Positions 1-13,655 of a DNA stretch of 45,928 nt are shown piece by piece. Position 1 is the first letter of the stretch, and the number at the start of each line of letters is the position of its first letter. Source of the DNA: Folioceros fuciformis. Its lineage: Eukaryota. The stretch lies in NCBI GenBank assembly GCA_049999805.1, contig JBNGIO010006265.1, positions 309,711 through 355,638 on the forward strand, given 5' to 3'. A program made the translations under genes and the position numbers. The notes below the pieces were generated by a model, which saw only the letters and a list, made by a program, of their open reading frames with translations, did not search any database and had not been told where the DNA came from.

Positions 1-157
1 GGTTGGGTTTGGGATTTGGATCGGCATATTATTATAATTATCATAAGCTAACAGGAGTTGATGGGTTGCTTCGGGCCATGATTCGTCATCATGCCCCCCA
101 ACCCTAATCAATGCATGCTTTGTGAGCCAGGCCCGGGATCCAGTCGGGTCACGTCAA

Positions 158-552
158 GTGAGGTGAGATGAGATGAAGCAAGGTAAGGTAAGGTAAGGTA
201 AGGTAAGGTCCACCAAGCCAGCCAGCCAGCCACCCACCCACCCAATTCCTTTCCTTTCCTTTCCTCTCCTTTCCCTTTCCTTGCCCCATTGTTGCTTCCT
301 GTTCTAGACCTAGACCTTTCTCTTGCCCTTGCCCTTTTGCTGGCCTTCCTTCTTCTCCCTCCCGACAGCAGAAGAAGCAAGGAGTGGGAGATGGAGATGG
401 AGATGTAGATGGGTGATAGATAAACAATGTGCGATACAGTTAGGAGGACTAATGCGAGAAAATGAGGGAATGGCATAGATCCATACTTATGATAGATGGG
501 TGGGCAGTGCAGGGCAGGGCAGGGCAGGGCAGGGCAGGGCAGGGCAGGGCAG
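158..552. repeat. Cluster of simple 4-6 nt microsatellites: (AGGTA)n, (GCCA)n, (CCTTT)n, (GGAGAT)n, (AGGGC)8
   Basis: Read directly: AAGGT/AGGTA run 180-209, GCCA/CCCA runs 217-244, CCTTT run ~248-281, and AGGGC x8 at 511-550. These runs explain the low-complexity ORFs (GQGRA, PCPAL, LTLPY) in the ORF track. Confidence 0.9.
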
Positions 553-1481
553 GCCGGCGCCTTCTCCCCGCAGGCAGGCTAAATGGCAGTTTGCGTGGCC
601 CCACGTGGCCGGGATATCCTTGTCTATCCGGCCCCAAGTGTCAGATGCGACGGGCAGCCCGTCTGCCCGTCCTGCCCGTCTGCTCCACCCACGACCCCCC
701 CGGCCGCACTGCCACACACACCCTGTGGGCCCCACGCAAACCCGGCGCGATTTTACCATACCGGTCACCCATCGCATCCTGCCACTCGTCTTCCCTCTCC
801 TCTCTTCTCGGCTCGGCCCTGCCCCGCCCGCCTTGCCTTTGCCCCTACCCTCGCAGGCTTGCGTCCATCGGACGCTACCGGATTGTAGCTTACGCCAAAG
901 CTCCATCTTCCATCTTTACTTATGCGCAATCCTCAATCCTCTCGTTACACGAGACCATTATTCTACCATAAACAGTTTTTGGAACACCCCGGAGGCCTGT
1001 TCCGTCTTGTCCGAACAAACGCTCCAAGGCAGTATCTACTTTCCACAGTGGACGAGGGGGGCTTCACACGGAGCTCTTCAGACGGGCCTCCCGTACTTTG
1101 CACAATCTCACAGGAGCTCGCTCGCCCGCCTTCAGCACCTATGGCCCGGCACCGGCAGCAGGAGCAGGAGCTGATCTTCACCCGGGATGACGACACGGGG
1201 CGAGATACGAGACCGGATTCGGTTATCGTAACACACGATTACATACATCACAGTGATGCGGATCATGGCGCGGGAATGAAGAAGGCAGCCAGCGACGGGC
1301 CATGATGCACAACTTCGGTACCGACAGTCGGAGGGTTAACGAAACGATGATGGATCCTGAGGGTTATGCTGCATGCAAGCCGGGGACAGTAGCCCCCCGG
1401 ATGCGAATCACGTGGCCACTGCCTTCAGCACACACAGCCTGACCTTACCTTCCCCTTCCCTTCCTCTTCCCCATCCCTGTC

Positions 1482-1581
1482 NNNNNNNNNNNNNNNNNNN
1501 NNNNNNNNNNNNNNNNNNNNNNNNNNNNNNNNNNNNNNNNNNNNNNNNNNNNNNNNNNNNNNNNNNNNNNNNNNNNNNNNN
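1482..1581. other. Assembly gap (100 N)
   Basis: Run of 100 N flanked by pyrimidine-rich simple repeats. Confidence 1.
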
Positions 1582-2742
1582 TCCCTTCCCCTTGCCCTCA
1601 CTTCCCTCCGCCTCCGGATCAAAGAGTGCCGGAAGCATGTCGGAATTTCTAGAATGGGGCCCACGGATTCCTCTCTACTCTTACTCTTACTCCTACTGTC
1701 ACACACACAGCCCCAAGAGGCTGGCAAAGCGGCCAGGCTCCTGCATGCGGCTTGGCCCGGCCCGGCCCGGCCTGGCCCGATCCGATGACGAGAGGATCCT
1801 TTGTCTCCCATTTGCTGCAGCGCGTGGGCGAATCGCGTGTCCAGGCTCATCGAGATGCGTGGCGCCTCTTCCCAGCTCCAGCGACTCGCTCCCTCCTCCC
1901 GTCCTGGATCAGGAACCAGGTTAGGGTTCGCCGCTGCCGGCCCCTTTCAGGGCTCCTGCTGCGCGCACCCCTCTGCCCCCTCCCCGCTGCCCGATTGCGT
2001 GTGCATGAGTCGGCGAGGCTGTCAGACCGTGGTACATTACCTACGCACATCACTCGCTTCATCGCACTCCCAGGCACACGACATGGATTTAAACGCGGCC
2101 GATGCGATGCAGTGCAGTGCAACGCGTCTCAAGTGCGCAGCAACGGGCCGAAGCCGGGGGCAGGACCAGGGAGACACCACTCCATTGGCCGTTGCGTGTC
2201 CTGAAGTGTAGCCTGGAGCCTATCCCCTTTCGGCTCCAACTGACCGCCCAGCGGTGGCTGTAAAAGCGGTCAACAGCAGGGATGGCAGCGTCCACATCGG
2301 TACTGGCGCAGGCCGGGGGGTTAGGCCAGGCGCATTATGTTACCCTTGCGACCACCTTCACGGGTAGAGGGGAGCCTGGGGCGACGCGCTCGAAGCCAAG
2401 CCCAGCCCAGCCCAGCCCAGCCATAGAGGCCGGGGCCACCTCCACCCAAATCACGTACTACTACACCACCACCTGCCAGGGCCCTCCATGGTCGTTACTA
2501 CCAAGACTCAGCCAGCATGGTCATGACATGTCCGTCACCCAGGGTGTAACACGGTAGTGCCGCATTTCGTCCAGGGATCCACACAAGGGGGCACGTGATT
2601 CCACACCTTTGCATTACTTTACGTCTGCGTCTTTCTCTGCCCTTCTGGCCCGGAGAGGGGAGGGAGAACTGCAAGAGGCACGAAGCACACCAACCGGCTA
2701 TGGATGTACAATCGGGTTGGCCTTGGACTGACTTGACGGATC

Positions 2743-4511
2743 ATAAAAGTACATGGACTCTACTGCGCGCCGATTTCTTTCTTTTCCGCCTTATTTCCTA
2801 CACCCCGCTCCAGTCTGTCCACTCCTATTCAGGGTCGTCAGTCCTCAGTTCGTATCAACATACGTAGAATGACTTGTGTTGGCCCTGCACAAGACAGTCC
2901 AGGTGGGGAGAGGGTGAGAGGAATTTCGTTTTAGACCGTCAGAGAAAAGGGTACGACGACAGAGCGTAGCAACGCAGGACAGGCCAGGCCAGGCTAGGAC
3001 AGGACAGGCAGGAAGTCTGTCGCACCGCCTGACAAGTCTCACCACCCACAGTTGAAGGAAGGCGGGGAGGATGGAAAAAACTGCTTCAAGAGCATCTACC
3101 CAGTCCAGTCCCCGCTCGCCAGCACCTCCCTGCACACTGCGCACACGCCACTGTCCAACAGCTGCGTACAGAGTTCTTCTGTGACTCGAACGACTGGTAA
3201 TATTGCCAATCGTTCCTCTGCTCAACTTGGGGATGGGGTGCGCCAACGGCTGCGTTACCTGCGTCCTGCACATCCACGGGACGAGGAACTGCGTTACGTG
3301 AGCTGCAACAGTAGTTCTTGCGTCACGCCCTCTTAAGCCCATGAGCAAACGACGTCACCGGGCCCCTCATTTCAAATTTCTGTATTTTAGCTTTCATGGC
3401 TGGGTAGCCTGTGAAGAAAGAAAAAGTTGTAATCCTCAGGGCTGTGACAATCTCATAAAAAGACCACAAGCACAGCCGATTCACCACACACTTTCGTGGC
3501 GCTATCCTAACAAACTAATACTCAAGCACATGTACATTGATTGACCGGCCGCAAGGCTGTTACTGTGGCTCGAAGTGTTCACCAGTAAAGACTCACCTGA
3601 AACCTTCCAAGCTGCTCTTCCTTTCTTTGCAGGAACTCTTTGAGATCGTCAATCTGTGCCGTGACCCGGACCCTTTTAAGTGCACCCTCCGCTTGACCAA
3701 CAGCAAGCCAGTCAGATCACTCCGCATCACTATGATCCAAACAAGCAACAAACTTGCCATACACCTGCAATGGCTGCTTCCGGGTGAGTCTGTCCATTCT
3801 GCTCTTCCTCGCTCCCAAATGCCTCCCTGATGTCGCCAACCGATACGTGAATGCACAACCAGGAGGGAGGAGCTGGCAGATCCTCAAGAATCCCCTGGGC
3901 CCGTGTAGACAAACACCCTACCTGCACTATCATCAAAGGTAGTGTGAGACCCAGCAGCAACAAACACTCCGGATCAGAAAACATAAGGGAAGTGCACTAT
4001 GCAACACACTTGTTCCGGCCGGGCCTGCTCCTCCGCAGGCACATTTCGCAGGCACATCTTGGGCTGAGCCGATCTCATTCTTCTCGTCCGGCCGGCCAAC
4101 CACCTGATGTGCACCATTCAACAGCTCTAGTGCCAAGGCCCACAACCCTGGGACACTATACTGCGTATGGAGCACTTCTGCGGCTCTGCGTGCCGCAGAA
4201 AACATGGGCCAACAATTCCACCTTCAGGCCAACCACAAAACACCAAGCCGTCCACTACCCCGCCGGAGAAAGGCACCACATGTAGCATGATGGAAAACGC
4301 AACTCTCTCCAAACCCTGACAAGTCACATTCCGGAAAGCACGAACGATCGATACGCACGGTAATCTGCTCAAACATGGAAGCCAAAGGGTCCTTGTCCCG
4401 CGCAATCGCTGCAAACACAACGACAACTTCTGCAAAAGAGTCCTCCTCGTTCATCTTCCCCTGAAGCTCTGAAACCACAGACTCCAGGAGATCATCACTG
4501 TCAAATTCCAT
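2743..4511 (-). pseudogene. Degenerate tandem duplicate of the adjacent AIP2-like RING E3 ligase gene
   Basis: The start MEFDSDDLLESVVSELQGKMNEEDSFAE parallels MEIDREEPLESVVSELQKKMNKKDSFAE at 6886. Exons and introns are colinear with the intact copy. The RING exons carry in-frame stops (VCAVCREVLASGDWTG*; GQHKSFYVC*YELRTDDPE*), a frameshift and lost Cys/His ligands. Confidence 0.85.
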
Positions 4512-5172
4512 CCCTGGCCTGGACATCACTAAAGCCATGGCACCTGTGTTCTCAAGAGCGAATGGCACTGAAGTTCCACAAAGCCAGGCAACAACCCTTG
4601 CGAGTACCCGATCGCGCTTGCGCTTAGCCAACATGTGCTGGCCTATGCAAGCAGACGTCTACACCCATATCGTAGGGCCGTAGTTAACCCCAGAATCACC
4701 AAGCTGTTGTAGATGGAATACTCTTCTAATATTTTAGGGCTTTGCGGTGGCAAACCCCAGAAACCACTCGCCATAACATAACTACCGTACGCTCCTCAGC
4801 CGTTTCAGGTTCAAGGTTTTTGACATTTGTCAGTCTTCGGAGGCAGTGTCGACAAGATCAGACCCGTTGATTGCTATCGTCAAATCGTGTCTCTTATAAT
4901 TATCCCATGATTCATCTAAAGGATGAACTTAACGCGATTAAAACTATTGGTAGACTATGAATACATGTACATGTGTTTCTGGCGACCAGCTTCTTGGGTT
5001 CAGTGGACGTGGACTTCAGTAACCGAGCCAAGCTCATCAGATCAGATATTCAACCTCCCAGCAACCTTCATGGCCAAGCATTCCTTTCTTGCAATGCAAG
5101 AGGTACGCGGCACACCATCCGGCTTTGTCTGCGTGTATCTACAATGGGGTAACAGGCCGAGAGACGGAAGAA

Positions 5173-6886
5173 TTATATATACATGAACTCGCCCCCGCGG
5201 AGGGCGTTTTCCGCGCCTTTCCGCTCTATCGCATCTTCCTTCTCCCTCTCTTTCTTAGTCTCGTATACGTGGTCGTCAGTCCGCAGTTCGAATCTGCATA
5301 CGGGGCAAGAGTTGTGTTCGTCCTGCAGAGACAGTCCAGGGGGGAGGGGAAGGTCAGAAACTCGTTCGGGACAGTCAGAAAATAGTACGACCGCAAGCCA
5401 GACTAGGCCAAAAGTCCATAACAGGGTCTGACCAACCTTACCAGCCACGGTTTCAGACAGGGAGGATGGAAAACATGTTTGCAGGGCATCTCCTGCATCG
5501 AGTCTCCCGTTGCCAGCAGATCCCTGCAGACAGCGCACACGGTTCCGTCTCCCAGTTGCTTCAAAAGTTCTTCTGTGACTGGGACCACGGGCAGTTTCGC
5601 TACTTCCTCCTTTGAAGCAGGAGGGGGCCCCCTGGGTGCGTCTTCTGCTGCCTGCACAACGACCGAACGAGGGAACAGGGTAAGCCGAGTTTCGTGGGCT
5701 TCCATGTGCCACATCCTTAGAGCAGACAAAAAGTTCGAACAAGTGACCTCTGGCCCTTCAGTTCAAATTCCTGCATTCTAACTTTCATGGCTGCGTAGCC
5801 GATGAAGGAAACGTTTTAATCCTCAGGGCCGGACTATCTGACGGAAAAGCCATAAGCAGAACAGTCCAGCGCAAACTTGTTTCAGAAAGATCACATATTG
5901 GTGCGCACGCAGTTTGGCCAGCAGCAAGCAGATCACTGTGAATCACTGAGCCTCTAAATAAAAACTGACGCCGCATCCAAATAAAAATTCACCTGCAGCG
6001 TGACTGCAATGGCAGCTTCTAGCTGCTCGCCGACAAGGTGATCTTCCACGCTGTTCAGCAAGTCGCTGAGCTCGTCCAGAGGAATCTCCTCTGCCCGCGG
6101 CCCTGCCCATGCCCCTAATCCTTCAGCTGCTCCATCAGCTTCACGTTGTGCTCTTGCAGTCACAAGGCGTGCAAATTCATTCTGAGCCACAAGCCACCGG
6201 GGAGGAGGAGGCAGCTCCGAAGTCAACTGGCCACTAAAGAGAAACCCACCGCCTGCAATACCAGTGCAACAATGTAAGAGGGAGCAGCAGCAATACATTA
6301 AAGCCGGCAGCAATATTTGAAGGAAAGTGGACTATGCAACACACTTGTTCCGGCCCGCTGCTGGGCAGGTCCCTCCTGATTCGTTTCTTCCTCTCCGAGA
6401 AAATTTTGGGCCTTCGTTGCGAACGCACGGATCTCTTTCTTTTCGTCTGGCCGGACAACAACCTTAAGAGCTTCATTGAACAGCTCCAGTCCCAAAACCC
6501 ACAAACCTCGAGCAGTGTACCGCGTCTGGAGCAGTTTTGCGGCTCGGCATACAGCCGAATGTACCTGCCAGCAGGTAAATCTTCAGTCAAGCCACCAACG
6601 AACTAAAGGCAAGCCGAAACACAGTACTCAGAGCCACGTTACAGCGACCTGTCACACCCAGCAGCACGCGGATAAACTCTCCAAACCCTAACTACACGAA
6701 GCCCGGCGGTACACAGGAACGATCGATACCCACAGTAATCCGTTCGAATGTGGAAGCAGAAGGGTACTTGTCCCGCACAATCGCAGTAAGGGCAGCAACA
6801 GCTTCTGCAAAAGAGTCCTTCTTGTTCATCTTCTTCTGAAGCTCGGAAACCACCGACTCCAGGGGCTCTTCTCTGTCAATCTCCAT
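5173..6886 (-). CDS. AIP2: AIP2-like (ABI3-interacting protein 2) RING-H2 E3 ubiquitin ligase, 5 exons (6886-6734, 6564-6345, 6252-5993, 5651-5442, 5322-5173)
   Basis: The spliced protein has TRYTARGLW, GFLFSGQLT..PPPPRWLVAQN and PPPASKEEVAKLP motifs. The RING-H2 reads CAVCRD...MPCKHVFHPPCLKPWL|DEHNSCPVCRFELRTDD and the C-terminus is ERKGAENALRGGEFMYI, matching plant AIP2. GT-AG introns keep the frame. Confidence 0.93.
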
Positions 6887-7420
6887 CCCTCAGGCCTGGA
6901 CATCATCAAAGAAACAGCATCTGTGAGTACAGCGCATGACGGTCACCTTCTACCCCACGACAGCAGGATCTTTGCAACACAGCGAACCAAAGAGAAAGAG
7001 ATCTAATTTGTTGGCAAATGTACATGCGCTTCCACAACACCACGAAGCAAAAAAACTGACGCACTGTTGAAAATCCTCTGCGGTACTGGGAGTTCACGAC
7101 TGCCAACCTGAAGCAAGGCCTTTAAAGATAGCTGAGGGCAGACCGTCGAGATCCTGAACGAGTGCCGAACAAGCAACCAACGCAATCGCCGTGAGATTCC
7201 GTGCAGGATGCAGATCCCTCGTATTTTCTGGCGTCACGCCCGATTCAACTGGAGCTGCCTTTAGGGTGCATCCATCTGTCCAGGTGGATCTGTTTTCATT
7301 CAACCGTTGCCCTAAACCACGTTCACGGTACTTTGACGGGAAGGGAGACGGACTACGAGGGTTTGCTTGCTCGATCAGCGGACTCAGCGGGAGCAGACGT
7401 AGGAATCGCGGATTGTCAGG

Positions 7421-8221
7421 ATGCAGGCGCTGCGAGGGGCTGTGGTTCGGCGGCTGCGGGTGCCGGTCACGGCCAGCAGCCTGAGGCCCACACTGCTGGG
7501 ATCCAGCTGGCTTAGAAACTTCTCGGAGGAGGCGCATGCCCGATCTACTTACTTGGACAGGGGCCAAGTCACAGACCGCATCCTCAACGTCGTCAAGACC
7601 TTTCAAAAGGTTGATCCTTCCAAGGTTTGTTCCGCTGCACCCTACCTGTGCCGCATAGATTGCCTCCTCCCTGCGCTACCTTGAGTCTCGCTTTGTGTTT
7701 GATCGGGTCAGTTTATCCCGAGCGAAATTGATGTTTGGAGTGTAAGCGGATTAATGCCCTGATCACTTTGCTCATTGTGTGGGTTGCCAGGTTAGCTACA
7801 TTTCTTCGCTGACATTGTGATCGTAGTTCTTGTTCTTCTTGATGATTTGTCTGTGCAGTGTGTTGTGACAGGCTTGGTTTTTGTTGACTCAGTGTCCGCA
7901 GAAATGTGCTGTTTGTTTTGGTGGTTGTCTTGTGGTTTTGTGCCTCTGAGTCACATGTGCCACTTGAGCGGATTCCAGCTTGCTGGTAGAGTTGGTTTGA
8001 AGTTCTCTGTTTTGAATTAAGAAATGTGGTTAATTGTTGTGCAGGTGACTCCAACGTCGAATTTCCAAAAGGACCTTGGACTGGATAGCTTAGACACAGT
8101 CGAGATCGTCATGGCATTCGAGGAGGAGTTTGCCTTGGAAATCCCGGACAGCGATGCGGATAACATCACCTCGGTTGGGGAGGCGATCGACTACATTGCA
8201 TCTCACCCTCGGGCCAAGTAG
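7421..8221 (+). CDS. mtACP: Mitochondrial acyl carrier protein (complex I NDUFAB1/SDAP type), exons 7421-7624 and 8045-8221
   Basis: Arg-rich presequence, phosphopantetheine motif [20 protein letters not shown], and C-terminus [12 protein letters not shown]. One phase-0 GT-AG intron. Confidence 0.95.
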
Positions 8222-8623
8222 CTTCTGACTGCACGTACTGGACAGTGGAACAAGCACTTTTGGGTTGCTATGCCGAGTGATCGGCGTAAAGGTTTTAAGG
8301 CTTACCTTATCAGGTGCATTGTGAGCATTCACTGTGCAGTTGTAGAGTTTGGACCCATCCTGACGGCAGACAAATCTTGTCATAGCACTTCTTGTGCCTC
8401 AGCTTGATCCCCACATTTGGAGGAAATGGGGACTTGTGCAAGTGATAGTAAGGTTCATTAGGTCCTGCGGAGACCGTTTGCAATCGAAATGGACACCTCT
8501 TTACGATCCTATCATACCTCTTTGAGTCTGGAGCACAAGGTAAGCTTCCCTATCTTCGTACAAGACTAATGAATTTGAAGATCCGAATACATACTATACA
8601 TAGTTTGAGCCTGCTTGTGGATT

Positions 8624-10943
8624 TTATGCACAGACGTCACACTTGACTGTTCCACTTCCTTCGCAGTAGGGGCACTTGGCACCTTCCTCGACCCAGTCCA
8701 GAAACTGCAAAAGACACAGCGACTTCGTTCAAAGACTTGTCCACGACAAGACGCTTCATTCAAAAGCCAGTCGGGCAAACTCACCTGCTCCTCCACATTC
8801 AATTCTCCTGTGCCCTCGCATTCTGCGTAAGAATCCACAAATCCCGGTCAGACAAAGTCTTTGCGTTGACACAGGAAGGATGAATTGAGGGAAGGTTGGC
8901 CGAGTTCTATACCGGTACACATCATGCTACCCGCTCCCTTGCACACAAAGCATCTGTCCACTTTGATAGCAGGTGGTGAACCGCGGCCATTCCTGTTCAC
9001 AAGTCTGCTGGGTTCCTCCCACCTGTTCTCTCCCAACAGGTAAACGCGCCGCGCCTCACCGGAATTTCTGTCGGTCCTGGGATCGCGACCTGCAGCAGGT
9101 CCCTCTTTTGGCTTGCTCTTGATCGCAGTTCCCTGCAAAAACCACCCAACAAAGCCCTCATTGTTAAGGTTGGCAAACCATGGCCAGAAGAATCGATCCT
9201 GTCCTCAACTCAACGGTCTTAACTTTGGCTTTGGGTGGTGATTGCGGAGAAGATTGACAATAGACACCAGTGACGGCGGCTCTCTTGTCGGATGCGTCTG
9301 TGGATCCTGATGCTGATGGATTCTCTCCAAACAAGCGAGCCAATAGTTCCTGGGTCAGAACTCCGTCCTCTGCGGCCCCTACACTAGACTGCATCCACAA
9401 GAAATCACAAACGGAATCATAAGCTCGGAAATCAAATCTAGTGGTCACAACAAGAGAAGAGCTTGACACCAGTGATGCGCGCACACCTGCCAGGTCTTCA
9501 CAGCACTCTCAGTTCCAGTATCAAAACTCGCGTCCTCCATTTCATCCTCTCCTGAGTAGAACCCCAAAGCGGCCAGAGCTTCCTGTAAATAGGCAAGTTG
9601 CATGCAATTCTTCAGGTGAAGAGCAGCAAGCAATGACTACAAAGTTCCTTGCATGAAACAGGCCTCTCATGCAGAGATGAAGACAAGCTTCAAGCCTGTT
9701 TCCACATGGACGGGCTGCCCCAACTTATACCAAGACGAAATGGCACGCACCCAAGGACATGTTTAGAAAAGAGCCCGGCGCTCCTGCCACACCTGCAATG
9801 CCTTCACGTCATCCCCCTCTGTTCCCAGTTTCAGAGTACGTCTTTTCTTCACAGATGCTGCGGGACCGGGCCTGGTGGAGCTGGATGCCTCAGAGGGAGT
9901 TGGAGATTCCTGGACCCTGGTCTTGATGACCAACACCGGCTCCTGCTTCGGTTTCACAGACTCCGACTGCAAGGGCACGGCCACATCTGGAGGGGGAACA
10001 GTCTTCACCACTTCCAGGGGCGTAATATAGGAAGCGACAACGGGCACTTGCACTGCCTCCGAGAAGGTGACGGAGTCCAGCTTCCTAGAGGACGAGGAGC
10101 TGCTTGAGATCCGGGGTGGGGGGGAGGAGACTCGGGTCTCCACTGTCTCTGCATCACGCAGGGACCTGAGCAGGCTGTTCAGTCCCTTCATGAGATCCGA
10201 CAGTGTGGAGCTGCTTGGGGATGTGTCCTTGGCTGCTGCTTGCAAGGACTCTATTTCCTGCCTCAGGGCAGTGATCTCGTTGTTCAGGGCAGCGGACTGG
10301 TCCGCCCAGGCCTTGCGTTCTACGTCCCAACGAGCCTGCTCTCGCAACCATCTCTGCTCCTCCCGCAACCACCTCTGCTCCTCTCGCAGCCACCTCTGCT
10401 CCTCCCGTTCCGAGTAGGATGAATCAGACGGTCCTGCTGCCCGGATGTATATGGCGCTCTGGGACCTCGAGAGTCGCCTGGTTAAACCCACCTGTTGCTT
10501 ATCCATTCCCGTTCTCAGCGGCCTGGTCCTGCCTGCAACAACGTACGAGCTGATAGAGATGGACTTCGGTACCTCCCTCACTTGGAAAGAGCAGCATGAC
10601 ATCTCCAGCTGCGCACAATTGACGACTCGGTTAACCTGGTTTCGCACCAACAGGCACATTCAGCATCTCAAAGATGCGCTATCACATGACAATCAAACCC
10701 AGAACGCGGAGTCAAATTACAGCACGGAAACGCAGGAAGAACCTCCGCATTTGGAAACCCACCAAAGGCCCCACAGGCTCACAGTACCCCACCCCAAGAG
10801 GCATTGGGTAAATCGCATTCCACTATGCCTCTGAACATTTACACACAGTTCTGGAATGCACCCAAGCATCTGGCTGCATTAGTCCATGAGCTTACCGGAA
10901 AGCAATAGGTGTTGGCTGTCGAGCTTGCTGCAATGTTGGCCAT
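8624..10943 (-). CDS. pTAC5: pTAC5-like plastid protein (WLREEQR coiled repeat, peptidoglycan-binding-like domain, DnaJ-type Zn finger); about 7 exons
   Basis: Motifs REEQRWLREEQRWLREEQRWLREQARW; RRTLKLGTEGDDVKALQ|EALAALGFYSGEDEME..FDTGTESAVKTWQ; RVYLLGENRWEEPSRL; CFVCKGAG..CTECEGTGELNVEEQ|FLDWVEEGAKCPYCEGSGTVKCDVCA*. The first exon (10943-10896) and the donor of exon 4 are tentative. Confidence 0.88.
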
Positions 10944-13655
10944 CGCCACAGATTAGGACCTACCACGAGTACTCTTCCCTGTTCCTCCTCTCTCCTGCCC
11001 TTGCCCCCACACAGGATGGGATGCTTCGCCTTCTCGAAACATAACTGAAAGTTTGCGAACGTGATTCTGCCTTGACTTTAACCATGGTTCTGGGGGCCCA
11101 CTGGGCACTGGCATGTGCTCCCAGTTTCCCTTTAGGGCTCCTCATTGCCGTTGCGAGATCGTGGTCTGCCATAACAACCGACCCCTCCTCTCTACAACGA
11201 GATATTTCAAGAACCAATCTTTCTGAGGAGCTACAGCACGCCATACAAACTGGGATAATGGGATACGGATATCAAGTGCGAAGCCATGTGAAGGTCTGTT
11301 TTCGAGGTTTGCGCCAGAAAGTTGCAAACAGGCTCGGGAGGGCTATGTGGTTTCATAATCGTACAGGTCAGCTAGATTGGACTTGCATGCTCATTGTGCA
11401 GTCAGACGTCATTGTGCACTACCAGTTGCTGCCCCAATAAGTCAGAGTTCCTCCTGTTGCACGGTCACACTACAAGGTGATAGGCCGAGGACGCGTACTG
11501 GGCATATGACGTAAAGCTCAACCTATGAGCATCCATGTTGGTCCTACTGGATAGTCACAGGTTGAGCTGTAGTTCACATGCCAAGGACATCCACACAATT
11601 GAGTTTCTCTCTCATGCAGCCCATGGAGACCCAATTTCCGGCATTGATGTAGGGCCTGGCCCCTCTAGCCTCGACTGGCGCTTTCCAGGCTCCCAACAGC
11701 AGGCAGCAGTCCCTTCGTCGCACAGGATTGAAGGCAGTTGTTTAGCAAACCGAAGACACACACATCATCCCTCTGCATCGGTCGCACCGGGAGGAGAATA
11801 CGAACCTGATTGTCTGTAAGCAGCATGATGGCATCGGTACTCGCTACGTGCGCGTGTTTGTCAAGGCACTGCTGGCTGGGGATGGGTCAGGAAGCCCTTC
11901 ATGTATACCATGCTGTGCTGTGAAAAAGAAGGTGAAATAGTTGCACCCAATTCTGTGACATTTGTGCTTCCTTCACGCATTTGACAGTTCGAGCTATCTG
12001 CTGGCAGCAGGACATCTGATGCAACACGAATGAAGTTTGCTTAGAGTCAGCACACGAGCAGGGGCATGCAAGGTATACTCAAAGACGGTAGAGCACACGT
12101 CAAAGTTTGAGCCCGAATTCGAAGTCTGAGATCGGAGAGGGGGATGGGGAAGGGGATTGGTCTCTCTGCTTAGGACTTGGTCAGAACAAGAAGGAGTCAC
12201 AGAGCCTTCTCTTCCTCAGAAGGTATGCAAGGAGAAGAAGGCTTTGCTGTATCCTATTCTGTGAAGTTTGTGTGCCTCCTTCAGGCATGTGTATACCCCG
12301 GTTTCGGAGAAAAGAAGGGAGTAGTGTCGTGCATAAATTGCACAACCAAAAAAGATTTGAAAGTGGATATCTCTGACCGGCCGGCAGCCTGCCAGCTATG
12401 TCGCGGGAGCACAAAGGAAGCGCGGTTGACTTAGATGAACCAATTTGCTAAGGGAACTGCTCCCAAATGGCTTGCTAACAAGTTCCAATCCCCCATCGCC
12501 CAGGGATGACGCCAAGAAGGCCAGAGGTCGCTGGTCGACACCAATACTAGTAAACAAGATACCTCACTCACCACTTTCACAACTCAAGAACAGCGAGCGA
12601 TGAATTTCAGATGAAGATATCGTACCCCGCAGACTACAAGAAAGCTTTGGCAGCGTGGAGAATCCTCTCTGCAACTTGAGAAAAGTTTCTTCTCGACGTG
12701 GTCTCGCTCCACCATTTTGCGAAAACCAGCCAGAAACACCGATGGATGGATACCAGACCGACAATACCAAACGATTTTTCCAAGACTACAGACGCGCCGC
12801 CCTAGAGCGAACCACCCTACACAGAATTTCTATCTTGATGGTGCTAACCGCATCAGAGCCACCAACAGATTGCAATACAGAAATATGTACGTGCAAGTCC
12901 AGAGGATAGGACATCTCCTATCTTGTCACATGGGCTTTGTAGGACACCAATCGGGTTCAGTTTATTAAAGCACCATGCAAAACTGCACACTCTGCGCATT
13001 CGACAAGTTGTTTGGGACATCGAACACTTGAGATGCCGCTACCCAGACTGCCTCGATATCTTCAGCCCCCGGGAATCTGCAGAGGTCTACCAAGAGAGTA
13101 AGGGGCGAGCGGATGGAAGTGGCTAGTCATGAGAGGTGCCGCACAACTTTCACGGCACATTTCCTCCGGCCCAGAGTTGGTCTCGAAATGTCCGAGTGGG
13201 AAAGTGTGGATGTCCCGCTACAGCACCGGTGCGGAAATGACAGCTGTGGATAGAGACCAAATTTTGTCACAAGTACTCAGGCAGTGCTTCAACTCCCTGA
13301 CGGAGGATGCTCTCAGGAGTCAGGAGCTTCCACTTCCATGCTTCCTTCCCCGGAAGATTTCGAACTCACGAAGAACACACCTATTTTGTTAAATTGGTCA
13401 TCTCTAATTTGTCAAACATGACAGATTCCCAGACATTGAAAACTCAAGAAGGTTGCTCGATATGTAGACGATGATGGCGGACAGTTCCTGATCCAGCACG
13501 CACACGTCTCACACTGCACTTCAAAGCTACTGATCGATTGCAAGATGCTGCAAAAGGTGTTCCTGCTTCCAACAGGCTGTCCTGATGCGCAACACCGCGT
13601 CAAGAAAGGAACAGGGGAATGCAGGATGATGTAGAACGCAAGGTCTACCTTTGCC

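Noticed and set aside
108-1305. Several 90-220 aa ORFs at the window start
   Set aside because: They are largely translations of microsatellites (GQGRA, PCPAL, LTLPY) in GC-rich DNA, with no recognisable domain or exon structure.
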